Below, piece by piece: positions 40,701 through 54,699 of a stretch of DNA of 64,000 nucleotides. Numbering within the stretch: position 1 is the first letter of the stretch; every line of letters starts with the position of its first letter. This DNA is from the human T2T-CHM13v2.0 reference genome, Homo sapiens. The DNA lies in assembly GCF_009914755.1 (NCBI RefSeq), contig NC_060936.1; one strand, given 5' to 3'. A program made the translations under genes and the position numbers. The notes beneath the pieces are model-generated. The model worked only from the letters and a program-made list of their open reading frames with translations, did no database searches and was not told the origin of the DNA.

Positions 40701-43700
40701 TGTCTAGTTTTTATACGAAGATGTTTCCTTTTCTACGTTTGGTCTCAAAGCGATTGAAATCTCCAACTGGAAACTGCACAAATAGGGTGTTTCAAATCTG
40801 CTCTGTCTAAAGGAAGGTTCAACTCTGTGAGTTGAATACACACACCACAAATAAGTTACTGAGAATTCTTCTGTCGAACATTACTTGAAGAAATCCCGTT
40901 TCCAACGAAGGCCTCAAAGAGGTCCAAATATCCACTTGCAGACATTACAAACAGATTGTTTCCAACCTGCTCCATCAAAAGAAAGGTTAAACTCTGTGAG
41001 CTGAACACACACATCAAAAAGAAGTTTCTGTGAATGATTCTGTCTAGATTTTATAAGAAGATGTTTCCTTTTCTACCGTAGGCCTCAAAGCGCTTGAAAT
41101 CTCCAGCTGCAAATTCCACAAAAAGGGTGTTTAACATCTGCTCTTCTAAAGGAAAGTTCAACTCTATGAGTTGAATACACACAGCACAAAGAAGTTACTG
41201 AGACTTCTCCTATCAAACATTATATGAAGAAATCCCGTTTCCAACGAAGGCCTCAAAGAGGTCCAAATATCTGCTTGCAGACTTTACAGACAGAGTGTTT
41301 CCAAACTGCTCCATCAAAAGAAAGGTTAACCTCCTTGAGTTGAACACACACATCACAAAGTAGTTTCTGTGAATGATTCTGTCTAGTTTTTATACGAAGA
41401 TGTTTCCTTTTCTACCTTTGGTCTCAAAGCGATTGAAATCTCCACATGGAAACTCCACAAAAAGAGTGTTTCAAATCTGCTCTTTCTGAAGGAAGGTTCA
41501 TCTCTGTGAGTTGAATACACACACCACAAATAAGTTACTGAGAATTCTTCTGTGTAACATTATATGAGGAAATCCCGTTTCCAACGAAGGCCTCAAAGAG
41601 GTCCAAATATCCACTTGCAGACTTTACAAAGACAGTGTCTCCAAACTCCTCCATCAAAAGAAAGGTTATACTCTGTGAATTGAACGCACACATCACAAAG
41701 TAGTTTCTGAGAATGATTCTGTCTAGTTTTTATACGAAGATATTTCCTTTTCTACATTTGGCCTAAAAGCGCTTGAAATCTCCACCTGCAAATATCACAA
41801 AAAGAGGGTTTCACATCTGCTCTGTCTAAAGGACAGTTCACCTCTGTGAGTTGAATAGAGGCAACACAAAGAACTTACTCAGTATTCTTCTTTCTAGCGT
41901 TCTTTGAAGAAATCCCGTTTCCAACGAAGGCCCCAAAGAGGTCTAAATATCTGCTTGCAGACTTTACAGACAGAGTGTTTCCAAACTACTCTATGAAAAG
42001 AAAGCTTAAACTCCTTGAGTTGAACGCACACATCACAAAGTAGTTTCTGAGAATGATTCTGTCTAGTTTTTATACGAAGATGTTTCCTTTTCTACATTTG
42101 GTCTCAAAGCGATTGAAATCTCCAACTGGAAACTGCACAAATAGGGTGTTTCAAATCTGCTCTGTCTAAAGGAAGGTTCAACTCTGTGAGTTGAATACAC
42201 ACACCACAAATAAGTTACTGAGAATTCTTCTGTCGAACATTACATGAAGAAATCCCGTTTCCAACGAAGGCCTCAAAGACGTCCAAATATCCACTTGCAG
42301 ACATTACAAACAGAGTGTTTCCAAACTGCTCCATCAAAAGAAAGGTTAAACTCTGTGAGCTGAACACACACATCAAAAAGAAGTTTCTGTGAATGATTCT
42401 GTCTAGATTTTATATGAAGATGTTTCCTTTTCTACCGTAGGCCTCAAAGCGCTTGAAATCTCCAGCTGCAAATTCCACAAAAAGGGTGTTTAACATCTGC
42501 TCTTCTAAAGGAAAGTTCAACTCTATGAGTTGAATACACACAGCACAAAGAAGTTACTGAGACTTCTTCTGTCTAACATTATATGAAGAAATCCCGTTTC
42601 CAACGAAGGCCTCAAAGAGGTCCAAATATCTGCCTGCAGACTTTACAGACAGAGTGTTTCCAAACTGCTCCATCAAAAGAACGGTTAAACTCCTTGAGTT
42701 GAACACACACATCACAAAGTAGTTTCTGTGAATGATTCTGTCTAGTTTTTATACGAAGATGTTTCCTTTTCTACATTTGGTCTCAAAGCGATTGAAATCT
42801 CCACATGGAAACTGCACAAATAGGGTGTTTCAAATCTGCTCTGTCTAAAGGAAGGTTCAACTCTGTGAGTTGAATACACACACCACAAATAAGTTACTGA
42901 GAATTCTTCTTTCGAACACTACTTGAAGAAATCCCGTTTCCAACGAAGGCCTCAAAGAGGTCCAAATATCCACTTGCAGACATTACAAACAGAGTGTTTC
43001 CAAACTGCTCCATCAAAAGAAAGGTTATACTCTGTGAATTGAACGCACACATCACAAAGTAGTTTCTGAGAATGATTCTGTCTAGTTTTTATACGAAGAT
43101 ATTTCCTTTTCTACATTTGGCCTAAAAGCGCTTGAAATCTCCACCTGCAAATATCACAAAAAGAGGGTTTCACATCTGCTCTGTCTAAAGGACAGTTCAC
43201 CTCTGTGAGTTGAATAGAGGCAACACAAAGAACTTACTCAGTATTCTTCTTTCTAGCGTTCTATGAAGAAATCCCGTTTCCAACGAAGGCCCCAAAGAGG
43301 TCCAAATATCTGCTTGCAGACTTTACAGACAGAGTGTTTCCAAACTACTCTATGAAAAGAAAGCTTAAACTCCTTGAGTTGAACGCACACATCACAAAGT
43401 AGTTTCTGAGAATGATTCTGTCTAGTTGTTATACGAAGATGTTTCCTTTTCTACATTTGGTCTCAAAGCGATTGAAATCTCCAACTGGAAACTGCACAAA
43501 TAGGGTGTTTCAAATCTGCTCTGTCTAAAGGAAGGTTCAACTCTGTGAGTTGAATACACACACCACAAATAAGTTACTGAGAATTCTTCTTTCGAACACT
43601 ACTTGAAGAAATCCCGTTTCCAACGAAGTCCTCAAAGAGGTCCAAATATCCACTTGCAGACATTACAAACAGAGTGTTTCCAAACTGCTCCATCAAAAGA

Positions 43701-45649
43701 AAGGTTAAACTCTGTGAGCTGAACACACACATCAAAAAGAAGTTTCTGTGAATGATTCTGTCTAGATTTTATAAGAAGATGTTTCCTTTTCTACCGTAGG
43801 CCTCAAAGCGCTTGAAATCTCCAGCTGCAAATTCCACAAAAAGGGTGTTTAACATCTGCTCTTCTAAAGGAAAGTTCAACTCTATGAGTTGAATACACAC
43901 AGCACAAAGAAGTTACTGAGACTTCTCCTATCAAACATTATATGAAGAAATCCCGTTTCCAACGAAGGACTCAAAGAGGTCCAAATATCTGCTTGCAGAC
44001 TTTACAGACAGAGTGTTTCCAAACTGCTCCATCAAAAGAAAGGTTAAACTCCTTGAGTTGAACACACACATCACAAAGTAGTTTCTGTGAATGATTCTGT
44101 CTAGTTTTTATACGAAGATGTTTCCTTTTCTACATTTGGTCTCAAAGCGATTGAAATCTCCAACTGGAAACTGCACAAATAGGGTGTTTCAAATCTGCTC
44201 TGTCTAAAGGAAGGTTCAACTCTGTGAGTTGAATACACACACCACAAATAAGTTACTGAGAATTCTTCTTTCGAACACTACTTGAAGAAATCCCGTTTCC
44301 AACGAAGGCCTCAAAGAGGTCCAAATATCCACTTGCAGACATTACAAACAGAGTGTTTCCAAACTGCTCCATCAAAAGAAAGGTTATACTCTGTGAATTG
44401 AACGCACACATCACAAAGTAGTTTCTGAGAATGATTCTGTCTAGTTTTTATACGAAGATATTTCCTTTTCTACATTTGGCCTAAAAGCGCTTGAAATCTC
44501 CACCTGCAAATATCACAAAAAGAGGGTTTCACATCTGCTCTGTCTAAAGGACAGTTCACCTCTGTGAGTTGAATAGAGGCAACACAAAGAACTTACTCAG
44601 TATTCTTCTTTCTAGCGTTCTATGAAGAAATCCCGTTTCCAACGAAGGCCCCAAAGAGGTCCAAATATCTGCTTGCAGACTTTACAGACAGAGTGTTTCC
44701 AAACTACTCTATGAAAAGAAAGCTTAAACTCCTTGAGTTGAACGCACACATCACAAAGTAGTTTCTGAGAATGATTCTGTCTAGTTGTTATACGAAGATG
44801 TTTCCTTTTCTACATTTGGTCTCAAAGCGATTGAAATCTCCAACTGGAAACTGCACAAATAGGGTGTTTCAAATCTGCTCTGTCTAAAGGAAGGTTCAAC
44901 TCTGTGAGTTGAATACACACACCACAAATAAGTTACTGAGAATTCTTCTTTCGAACATTACTTGAAGAAATCCCGTTTCCAACGAAGACCTCAAAGAGGT
45001 CCAAATATCCACTTGCAGACATTACAAACAGAGTGTTTCCAAACTGCTCCATCAAAAGAAAGGTTAAACTCTGTGAGCTGAACACACACATCAAAAAGAA
45101 GTTTCTGTGAATGATTCTGTCTAGATTTTATAAGAAGATGTTTCCTTTTCTACCGTAGGCCTCAAAGCGCTTGAAATCTCCAGCTGCAAATTCCACAAAA
45201 AGGGTGTTTAACATCTGCTCTTCTAAAGGAAAGTTCAACTCTATGAGTTGAATACACACAGCACAAAGAAGTTACTGAGACTTCTCCTATCAAACATTAT
45301 ATGAAGAAATCCCGTTTCCAACGAAGGCCTCAAAGAGGTCCAAATATCTGCTTGCAGACTTTACAGACAGAGTGTTTCCAAACTGCTCCATCAAAAGAAA
45401 GGTTAAACTCCTTCAGTTGAACACACACATCACAAAGTAGTTTCTGTGAATGATTCTGTCTAGTTTTTATACGAAGATGTTTCCTTTTCTACCTTTGGTC
45501 TCAAAGCGATTGAAATCTCCACATGGAAACTCCACAAAAAGAGTGTTTCAAATCTGCTCTTTCTGAAGGAAGGTTCATCTCTGTGAGTTGAATACACACA
45601 CCACAAATAAGTTACTGAGAATTCTTCTGTGTAACATTATATGAGGAAA

Positions 45650-48600
45650 TCCCGTTTCCAACGAAGGCCTCAAAGAGCTCCAAATATCCACTTGCAGACT
45701 TTACAAAGACAGTGTCTCCAAACTCCTCCACCAAAAGAAAGGTTATACTCTGTGAATTGAACGCACACATCACAAAGTAGTTTCTGAGAATGATTCTGTC
45801 TAGTTTTTATACGAAGATATTTCCTTTTCTACATTTGGCCTAAAAGCGCTTGAAATCTCCACCTGCAAATATCACAAAAAGAGGGTTTCACATCTGCTCT
45901 GTCTAAAGGACAGTTCACCTCTGTGAGTTGAATAGAGGCAACACAAAGAACTTACTCAGTATTCTTCTTTCTAGCGTTCTATGAAGAAATCCCGTTTCCA
46001 ACGAAGGCCCCAAAGAGGTCCAAATATCTGCTTGCAGACTTTACAGACAGAGTGTTTCCAAACTACTCTATGAAAAGAAAGCTTAAACTCCTTGAGTTGA
46101 ACGCACACATCACAAAGTAGTTTCTGAGAATGATTCTGTCTAGTTTTTATACGAAGATGTTTCCTTTTCTACGTTTGGTCTCAAAGCGATTGAAATCTCC
46201 AACTGGAAACTGCACAAATAGGGTGTTTCAAATCTGCTCTGTCTAAAGGAAGGTTCAACTCTGTGAGTTGAATACACACACCACAAATAAGTTACTGAGA
46301 ATTCTTCTGTCGAACATTACTTGAAGAAATCCCGTTTCCAACGAAGGCCTCAAAGAGGTCCAAATATCCACTTGCAGACATTACAAACAGATTGTTTCCA
46401 ACCTGCTCCATCAAAAGAAAGGTTAAACTCTGTGAGCTGAACACACACATCAAAAAGAAGTTTCTGTGAATGATTCTGTCTAGATTTTATAAGAAGATGT
46501 TTCCTTTTCTACCGTAGGCCTCAAAGCGCTTGAAATCTCCAGCTGCAAATTCCACAAAAAGGGTGTTTAACATCTGCTCTTCTAAAGGAAAGTTCAACTC
46601 TATGAGTTGAATACACACAGCACAAAGAAGTTACTGAGACTTCTCCTATCAAACATTATATGAAGAAATCCCGTTTCCAACGAAGGCCTCAAAGAGGTCC
46701 AAATATCTGCTTGCAGACTTTACAGACAGAGTGTTTCCATACTGCTCCATCAAAAGAAAGGTTAACCTCCTTGAGTTGAACACACACATCACAAAGTAGT
46801 TTCTGTGAATGATTCTGTCTAGTTTTTATACGAAGATGTTTCCTTTTCTACCTTTGGTCTCAAAGCGATTGAAATCTCCACATGGAAACTCCACAAAAAG
46901 AGTGTTTCAAATCTGCTCTTTCTGAAGGAAGGTTCATCTCTGTGAGTTGAATACACACACCACAAATAAGTTACTGAGAATTCTTCTGTGTAACATTATA
47001 TGAGGAAATCCCGTTTCCAACGAAGGCCTCAAAGAGGTCCAAATATCCACTTGCAGACTTTACAAAGACAGTGTCTCCAAACTCCTCCATCAAAAGAAAG
47101 GTTATACTCTGTGAATTGAACGCACACATCACAAAGTAGTTTCTGAGAATGATTCTGTCTAGTTTTTATACGAAGATATTTCCTTTTCTACATTTGGCCT
47201 AAAAGCGCTTGAAATCTCCACCTGCAAATATCACAAAAAGAGGGTTTCACATCTGCTCTGTCTAAAGGACAGTTCACCTCTGTGAGTTGAATAGAGGCAA
47301 CACAAAGAACTTACTCAGTATTCTTCTTTCTAGCGTTCTTTGAAGAAATCCCGTTTCCAACGAAGGCCCCAAAGAGGTCTAAATATCTGCTTGCAGACTT
47401 TACAGACAGAGTGTTTCCAAACTACTCTATGAAAAGAAAGCTTAAACTCCTTGAGTTGAACGCACACATCACAAAGTAGTTTCTGAGAATGATTCTGTCT
47501 AGTTTTTATACGAAGATGTTTCCTTTTCTACATTTGGTCTCAAAGCGATTGAAATCTCCAACTGGAAACTGCACAAATAGGGTGTTTCAAATCTGCTCTG
47601 TCTAAAGGAAGGTTCAACTCTGTGAGTTGAATACACACACCACAAATAAGTTACTGAGAATTCTTCTGTCGAACATTACATGAAGAAATCCCGTTTCCAA
47701 CGAAGGCCTCAAAGACGTCCAAATATCCACTTGCAGACATTACAAACAGAGTGTTTCCAAACTGCTCCATCAAAAGAAAGGTTAAACTCTGTGAGCTGAA
47801 CACACACATCAAAAAGAAGTTTCTGTGAATGATTCTGTCTAGATTTTATAAGAAGATGTTTCCTTTTCTACCGTAGGCCTCAAAGCGCTTGAAATCTCCA
47901 GCTGCAAATTCCACAAAAAGGGTGTTTAACATCTGCTCTTCTAAAGGAAAGTTCAACTCTATGAGTTGAATACACACAGCACAAAGAAGTTACTGAGACT
48001 TCTTCTGTCTAACATTATATGAAGAAATCCCGTTTCCAACGAAGGCCTCAAAGAGGTCCAAATATCTGCCTGCAGACTTTACAGACAGAGTGTTTCCAAA
48101 CTGCTCCATCAAAAGAAAGGTTAAACTCCTTGAGTTGAACACACACATCACAAAGTAGTTTCTGTGAATGATTCTGTCTAGTTTTTATACGAAGATGTTT
48201 CCTTTTCTACCTTTGGTCTCAAAGCGATTGAAATCTCCACATGGAAACTGCACAAATAGGGTGTTTCAAATCTGCTCTGTCTAAAGGAAGGTTCAACTCT
48301 GTGAGTTGAATACACACACCACAAATAAGTTACTGAGAATTCTTCTTTCGAACACTACTTGAAGAAATCCCGTTTCCAACGAAGGCCTCAAAGAGGTCCA
48401 AATATCCACTTGCAGACATTACAAACAGAGTGTTTCCAAACTGCTCCATCAAAAAAAAGGTTATACTCTGTGAATTGAACGCACACATCACAAAGTAGTT
48501 TCTGAGAATGATTCTGTCTAGTTTTTATACGAAGATATTTCCTTTTCTACATTTGGCCTAAAAGCGCTTGAAATCTCCACCTGCAAATATCACAAAAAGA

Positions 48601-51600
48601 GGGTTTCACATCAGCTCTGTCTAAAGGACAGTTCACCTCTGTGAGTTGAATAGAGGCAACACAAAGAACTTACTCAGTATTCTTCTTTCTAGCGTTCTAT
48701 GAAGAAATCCCGTTTCCAACGAAGGCCCCAAAGAGGTCCAAATATCTGCTTGCAGACTTTACAGACAGAGTGTTTCCAAACTACTCTATGAAAAGAAAGC
48801 TTAAACTCCTTGAGTTGAACGCACACATCACAAAGTAGTTTCTGAGAATGATTCTGTCTAGTTGTTATACGAAGATGTTTCCTTTTCTACGTTTGGTCTC
48901 AAAGCGATTGAAATCTCCAACTGGAAACTGCACAAATAGGGTGTTTCAAATCTGCTGTGTCTAAAGGAAGGTTCAACTCTGTGAGTTGAATACACACACC
49001 ACAAATAAGTTACTGAGAATTCTTCTGTCGAACATTACATGAAGAAATCCCGTTTCCAACGAAGGCCTCAAAGAGGTCCAAATATCCACTTGCAGACATT
49101 ACAAACAGATTGTTTCCAACCTGCTCCATCAAAAGAAAGGTTAAACTCTGTGAGCTGAACACACACATCAAAAAGAAGTTTCTGTGAATGATTCTGTCTA
49201 GATTTTATAAGAAGATGTTTCCTTTTCTACCGTAGGCCTCAAAGCGCTTGAAATCTCCAGCTGCAAATTCCACAAAAAGGGTGTTTAACATCTGCTCTTC
49301 TAAAGGAAAGTTCAACTCTATGAGTTGAATACACACAGCACAAAGAAGTTACTGAGACTTCTCCTATCAAACATTATATGAAGAAATCCCGTTTCCAACG
49401 AAGGCCTCAAAGAGGTCCAAATATCTGCTTGCAGACTTTACAGACAGAGTGTTTCCAAACTGCTCCATCAAAAGAAAGGTTAACCTCCTTGAGTTGAACA
49501 CACACATCACAAAGTAGTTTCTGTGAATGATTCTGTCTAGTTTTTATACGAAGATGTTTCCTTTTCTACCTTTGGTCTCAAAGCGATTGAAATCTCCACA
49601 TGGAAACTCCACAAAAAGAGTGTTTCAAATCTGCTCTTTCTGAAGGAAGGTTCATCTCTGTGAGTTGAATACACACACCACAAATAAGTTACTGAGAATT
49701 CTTCTGTGTAACATTATATGAGGAAATCCCGTTTCCAACGAAGGCCTCAAAGAGCTCCAAATATCCACTTGCAGACTTTACAAAGACAGTGTCTCCAAAC
49801 TCCTCCACCAAAAGAAAGGTTATACTCTGTGAATTGAACGCACACATCACAAAGTAGTTTCTGAGAATGATTCTGTCTAGTTTTTATACGAAGATATTTC
49901 CTTTTCTACATTTGGCCTAAAAGCGCTTGAAATCTCCACCTGCAAATATCACAAAAAGAGGGTTTCACATCTGCTCTGTCTGAAGGACAGTTCACCTCTG
50001 TGAGTTGAATAGAGGCAACACAAAGAACTTACTCAGTATTCTTCTTTCTAGCGTTCTATGAAGAAATCCCGTTTCCAACGAAGGCCCCAAAGAGGTCCAA
50101 ATATCTGCTTGCAGACTTTACAGACAGAGTGTTTCCAAACTACTCTATGAAAAGAAAGCTTAAACTCCTTGAGTTGAACGCACACATCACAAAGTAGTTT
50201 CTGAGAATGATTCTGTCTAGTTTTTATACGAAGATGTTTCCTTTTCTACGTTTGGTCTCAAAGCGATTGAAATCTCCAACTGGAAACTGCACAAATAGGG
50301 TGTTTCAAATCTGCTCTGTCTAAAGGAAGGTTCAACTCTGTGAGTTGAATACACACACCACAAATAAGTTACTGAGAATTCTTCTGTCGAACATTACTTG
50401 AAGAAATCCCGTTTCCAACGAAGGCCTCAAAGAGGTCCAAATATCCACTTGCAGACATTACAAACAGATTGTTTCCAACCTGCTCCATCAAAAGAAAGGT
50501 TAAACTCTGTGAGCTGAACACACACATCAAAAAGAAGTTTCTGTGAATGATTCTGTCTAGATTTTATAAGAAGATGTTTCCTTTTCTACCGTAGGCCTCA
50601 AAGCGCTTGAAATCTCCAGCTGCAAATTCCACAAAAAGGGTGTTTAACATCTGCTCTTCTAAAGGAAAGTTCAACTCTATGAGTTGAATACACACAGCAC
50701 AAAGAAGTTACTGAGACTTCTCCTATCAAACATTATATGAAGAAATCCCGTTTCCAACGAAGGCCTCAAAGAGGTCCAAATATCTGCTTGCAGACTTTAC
50801 AGACAGAGTGTTTCCATACTGCTCCATCAAAAGAAAGGTTAACCTCCTTGAGTTGAACACACACATCACAAAGTAGTTTCTGTGAATGATTCTGTCTAGT
50901 TTTTATACGAAGATGTTTCCTTTTCTACCTTTGGTCTCAAAGCGATTGAAATCTCCACATGGAAACTCCACAAAAAGAGTGTTTCAAATCTGCTCTTTCT
51001 GAAGGAAGGTTCATCTCTGTGAGTTGAATACACACACCACAAATAAGTTACTGAGAATTCTTCTGTGTAACATTATATGAGGAAATCCCGTTTCCAACGA
51101 AGGCCTCAAAGAGGTCCAAATATCCACTTGCAGACTTTACAAAGACAGTGTCTCCAAACTCCTCCATCAAAAGAAAGGTTATACTCTGTGAATTGAACGC
51201 ACACATCACAAAGTAGTTTCTGAGAATGATTCTGTCTAGTTTTTATACGAAGATATTTCCTTTTCTACATTTGGCCTAAAAGCGCTTGAAATCTCCACCT
51301 GCAAATATCACAAAAAGAGGGTTTCACATCTGCTCTGTCTAAAGGACAGTTCACCTCTGTGAGTTGAATAGAGGCAACACAAAGAACTTACTCAGTATTC
51401 TTCTTTCTAGCGTTCTTTGAAGAAATCCCGTTTCCAACGAAGGCCCCAAAGAGGTCTAAATATCTGCTTGCAGACTTTACAGACAGAGTGTTTCCAAACT
51501 ACTCTATGAAAAGAAAGCTTAAACTCCTTGAGTTGAACGCACACATCACAAAGTAGTTTCTGAGAATGATTCTGTCTAGTTTTTATACGAAGATGTTTCC

Positions 51601-53800
51601 TTTTCTACATTTGGTCTCAAAGCGATTGAAATCTCCAACTGGAAACTGCACAAATAGGGTGTTTCAAATCTGCTCTGTCTAAAGGAAGGTTCAACTCTGT
51701 GAGTTGAATACACACACCACAAATAAGTTACTGAGAATTCTTCTGTCGAACATTACATGAAGAAATCCCGTTTCCAACGAAGGCCTCAAAGACGTCCAAA
51801 TATCCACTTGCAGACATTACAAACAGAGTGTTTCCAAACTGCTCCATCAAAAGAAAGGTTAAACTCTGTGAGCTGAACACACACATCAAAAAGAAGTTTC
51901 TGTGAATGATTCTGTCTAGATTTTATAAGAAGATGTTTCCTTTTCTACCGTAGGCCTCAAAGCGCTTGAAATCTCCAGCTGCAAATTCCACAAAAAGGGT
52001 GTTTAACATCTGCTCTTCTAAAGGAAAGTTCAACTCTATGAGTTGAATACACACAGCACAAAGAAGTTACTGAGACTTCTTCTGTCTAACATTATATGAA
52101 GAAATCCCGTTTCCAACGAAGGCCTCAAAGAGGTCCAAATATCTGCCTGCAGACTTTACAGACAGAGTGTTTCCAAACTGCTCCATCAAAAGAAAGGTTA
52201 AACTCCTTGAGTTGAACACACACATCACAAAGTAGTTTCTGTGAATGATTCTGTCTAGTTTTTATACGAAGATGTTTCCTTTTCTACCTTTGGTCTCAAA
52301 GCGATTGAAATCTCCACATGGAAACTGCACAAATAGGGTGTTTCAAATCTGCTCTGTCTAAAGGAAGGTTCAACTCTGTGAGTTGAATACACACACCACA
52401 AATAAGTTACTGAGAATTCTTCTTTCGAACACTACTTGAAGAAATCCCGTTTCCAACGAAGGCCTCAAAGAGGTCCAAATATCCACTTGCAGACATTACA
52501 AACAGAGTGTTTCCAAACTGCTCCATCAAAAAAAAGGTTATACTCTGTGAATTGAACGCACACATCACAAAGTAGTTTCTGAGAATGATTCTGTCTAGTT
52601 TTTATACGAAGATATTTCCTTTTCTACATTTGGCCTAAAAGCGCTTGAAATCTCCACCTGCAAATATCACAAAAAGAGGGTTTCACATCAGCTCTGTCTA
52701 AAGGACAGTTCACCTCTGTGAGTTGAATAGAGGCAACACAAAGAACTTACTCAGTATTCTTCTTTCTAGCGTTCTATGAAGAAATCCCGTTTCCAACGAA
52801 GGCCCCAAAGAGGTCCAAATATCTGCTTGCAGACTTTACAGACAGAGTGTTTCCAAACTACTCTATGAAAAGAAAGCTTAAACTCCTTGAGTTGAACGCA
52901 CACATCACAAAGTAGTTTCTGAGAATGATTCTGTCTAGTTGTTATACGAAGATGTTTCCTTTTCTACGTTTGGTCTCAAAGCGATTGAAATCTCCAACTG
53001 GAAACTGCACAAATAGGGTGTTTCAAATCTGCTGTGTCTAAAGGAAGGTTCAACTCTGTGAGTTGAATACACACACCACAAATAAGTTACTGAGAATTCT
53101 TCTGTCGAACATTACATGAAGAAATCCCGTTTCCAACGAAGGCCTCAAAGAGGTCCAAATATCCACTTGCAGACATTACAAACAGATTGTTTCCAACCTG
53201 CTCCATCAAAAGAAAGGTTAAACTCTGTGAGCTGAACACACACATCAAAAAGAAGTTTCTGTGAATGATTCTGTCTAGATTTTATAAGAAGATGTTTCCT
53301 TTTCTACCGTAGGCCTCAAAGCGCTTGAAATCTCCAGCTGCAAATTCCACAAAAAGGGTGTTTAACATCTGCTCTTCTAAAGGAAAGTTCAACTCTATGA
53401 GTTGAATACACACAGCACAAAGAAGTTACTGAGACTTCTCCTATCAAACATTATATGAAGAAATCCCGTTTCCAACGAAGGCCTCAAAGAGGTCCAAATA
53501 TCTGCTTGCAGACTTTACAGACAGAGTGTTTCCAAACTGCTCCATCAAAAGAAAGGTTAACCTCCTTGAGTTGAACACACACATCACAAAGTAGTTTCTG
53601 TGAATGATTCTGTCTAGTTTTTATACGAAGATGTTTCCTTTTCTACCTTTGGTCTCAAAGCGATTGAAATCTCCACATGGAAACTCCACAAAAAGAGTGT
53701 TTCAAATCTGCTCTTTCTGAAGGAAGGTTCATCTCTGTGAGTTGAATACACACACCACAAATAAGTTACTGAGAATTCTTCTGTGTAACATTATATGAGG
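45650..53800 (-). repeat. Tandem duplication of a 3-HOR block (period 4077 bp)
   Basis: Rare variants pair at a 4077 bp offset: gtttccatac (~46735/50812), caaaaaaaagg (~48450/52527), catcagctc (~48610/52687), tgctgtgtc (~48953/53030). Confidence 0.88.
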
Positions 53801-54699
53801 AAATCCCGTTTCCAACGAAGGCCTCAAAGAGGTCCAAATATCCACTTGCAGACTTTACAAAGACAGTGTCTCCAAACTCCTCCATCAAAAGAAAGGTTAT
53901 ACTCTGTGAATTGAACGCACACATCACAAAGTAGTTTCTGAGAATGATTCTGTCTAGTTTTTATACGAAGATATTTCCTTTTCTACATTTGGCCTAAAAG
54001 CGCTTGAAATCTCCACCTGCAAATATCACAAAAAGAGGGTTTCACATCTGCTCTGTCTGAAGGACAGTTCACCTCTGTGAGTTGAATAGAGGCAACACAA
54101 AGAACTTACTCAGTATTCTTCTTTCTAGCGTTCTATGAAGAAATCCCGTTTCCAACGAAGGCCCCAAAGAGGTCCAAATATCTGCTTGCAGACTTTACAG
54201 ACAGAGTGTTTCCAAACTACTCTATGAAAAGAAAGCTTAAACTCCTTGAGTTGAACGCACACATCACAAAGTAGTTTCTGAGAATGATTCTGTCTAGTTT
54301 TTATACGAAGATGTTTCCTTTTCTACATTTGGTCTCAAAGCGATTGAAATCTCCAACTGGAAACTGCACAAATAGGGTGTTTCAAATCTGCTCTGTCTAA
54401 AGGAAGGTTCAACTCTGTGAGTTGAATACACACACCACAAATAAGTTACTGAGAATTCTTCTGTCGAACATTACATGAAGAAATCCCGTTTCCAACGAAG
54501 GCCTCAAAGACGTCCAAATATCCACTTGCAGACATTACAAACAGAGTGTTTCCAAACTGCTCCATCAAAAGAAAGGTTAAACTCTGTGAGCTGAACACAC
54601 ACATCAAAAAGAAGTTTCTGTGAATGATTCTGTCTAGATTTTATAAGAAGATGTTTCCTTTTCTACCGTAGGCCTCAAAGCGCTTGAAATCTCCAGCTG

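Noticed and set aside
48450-48460. A8 run as a possible retrotransposon poly(A) remnant (also ~52527)
   Set aside because: It is a single G>A substitution in aaaagaaa with no length change and no target-site duplication.
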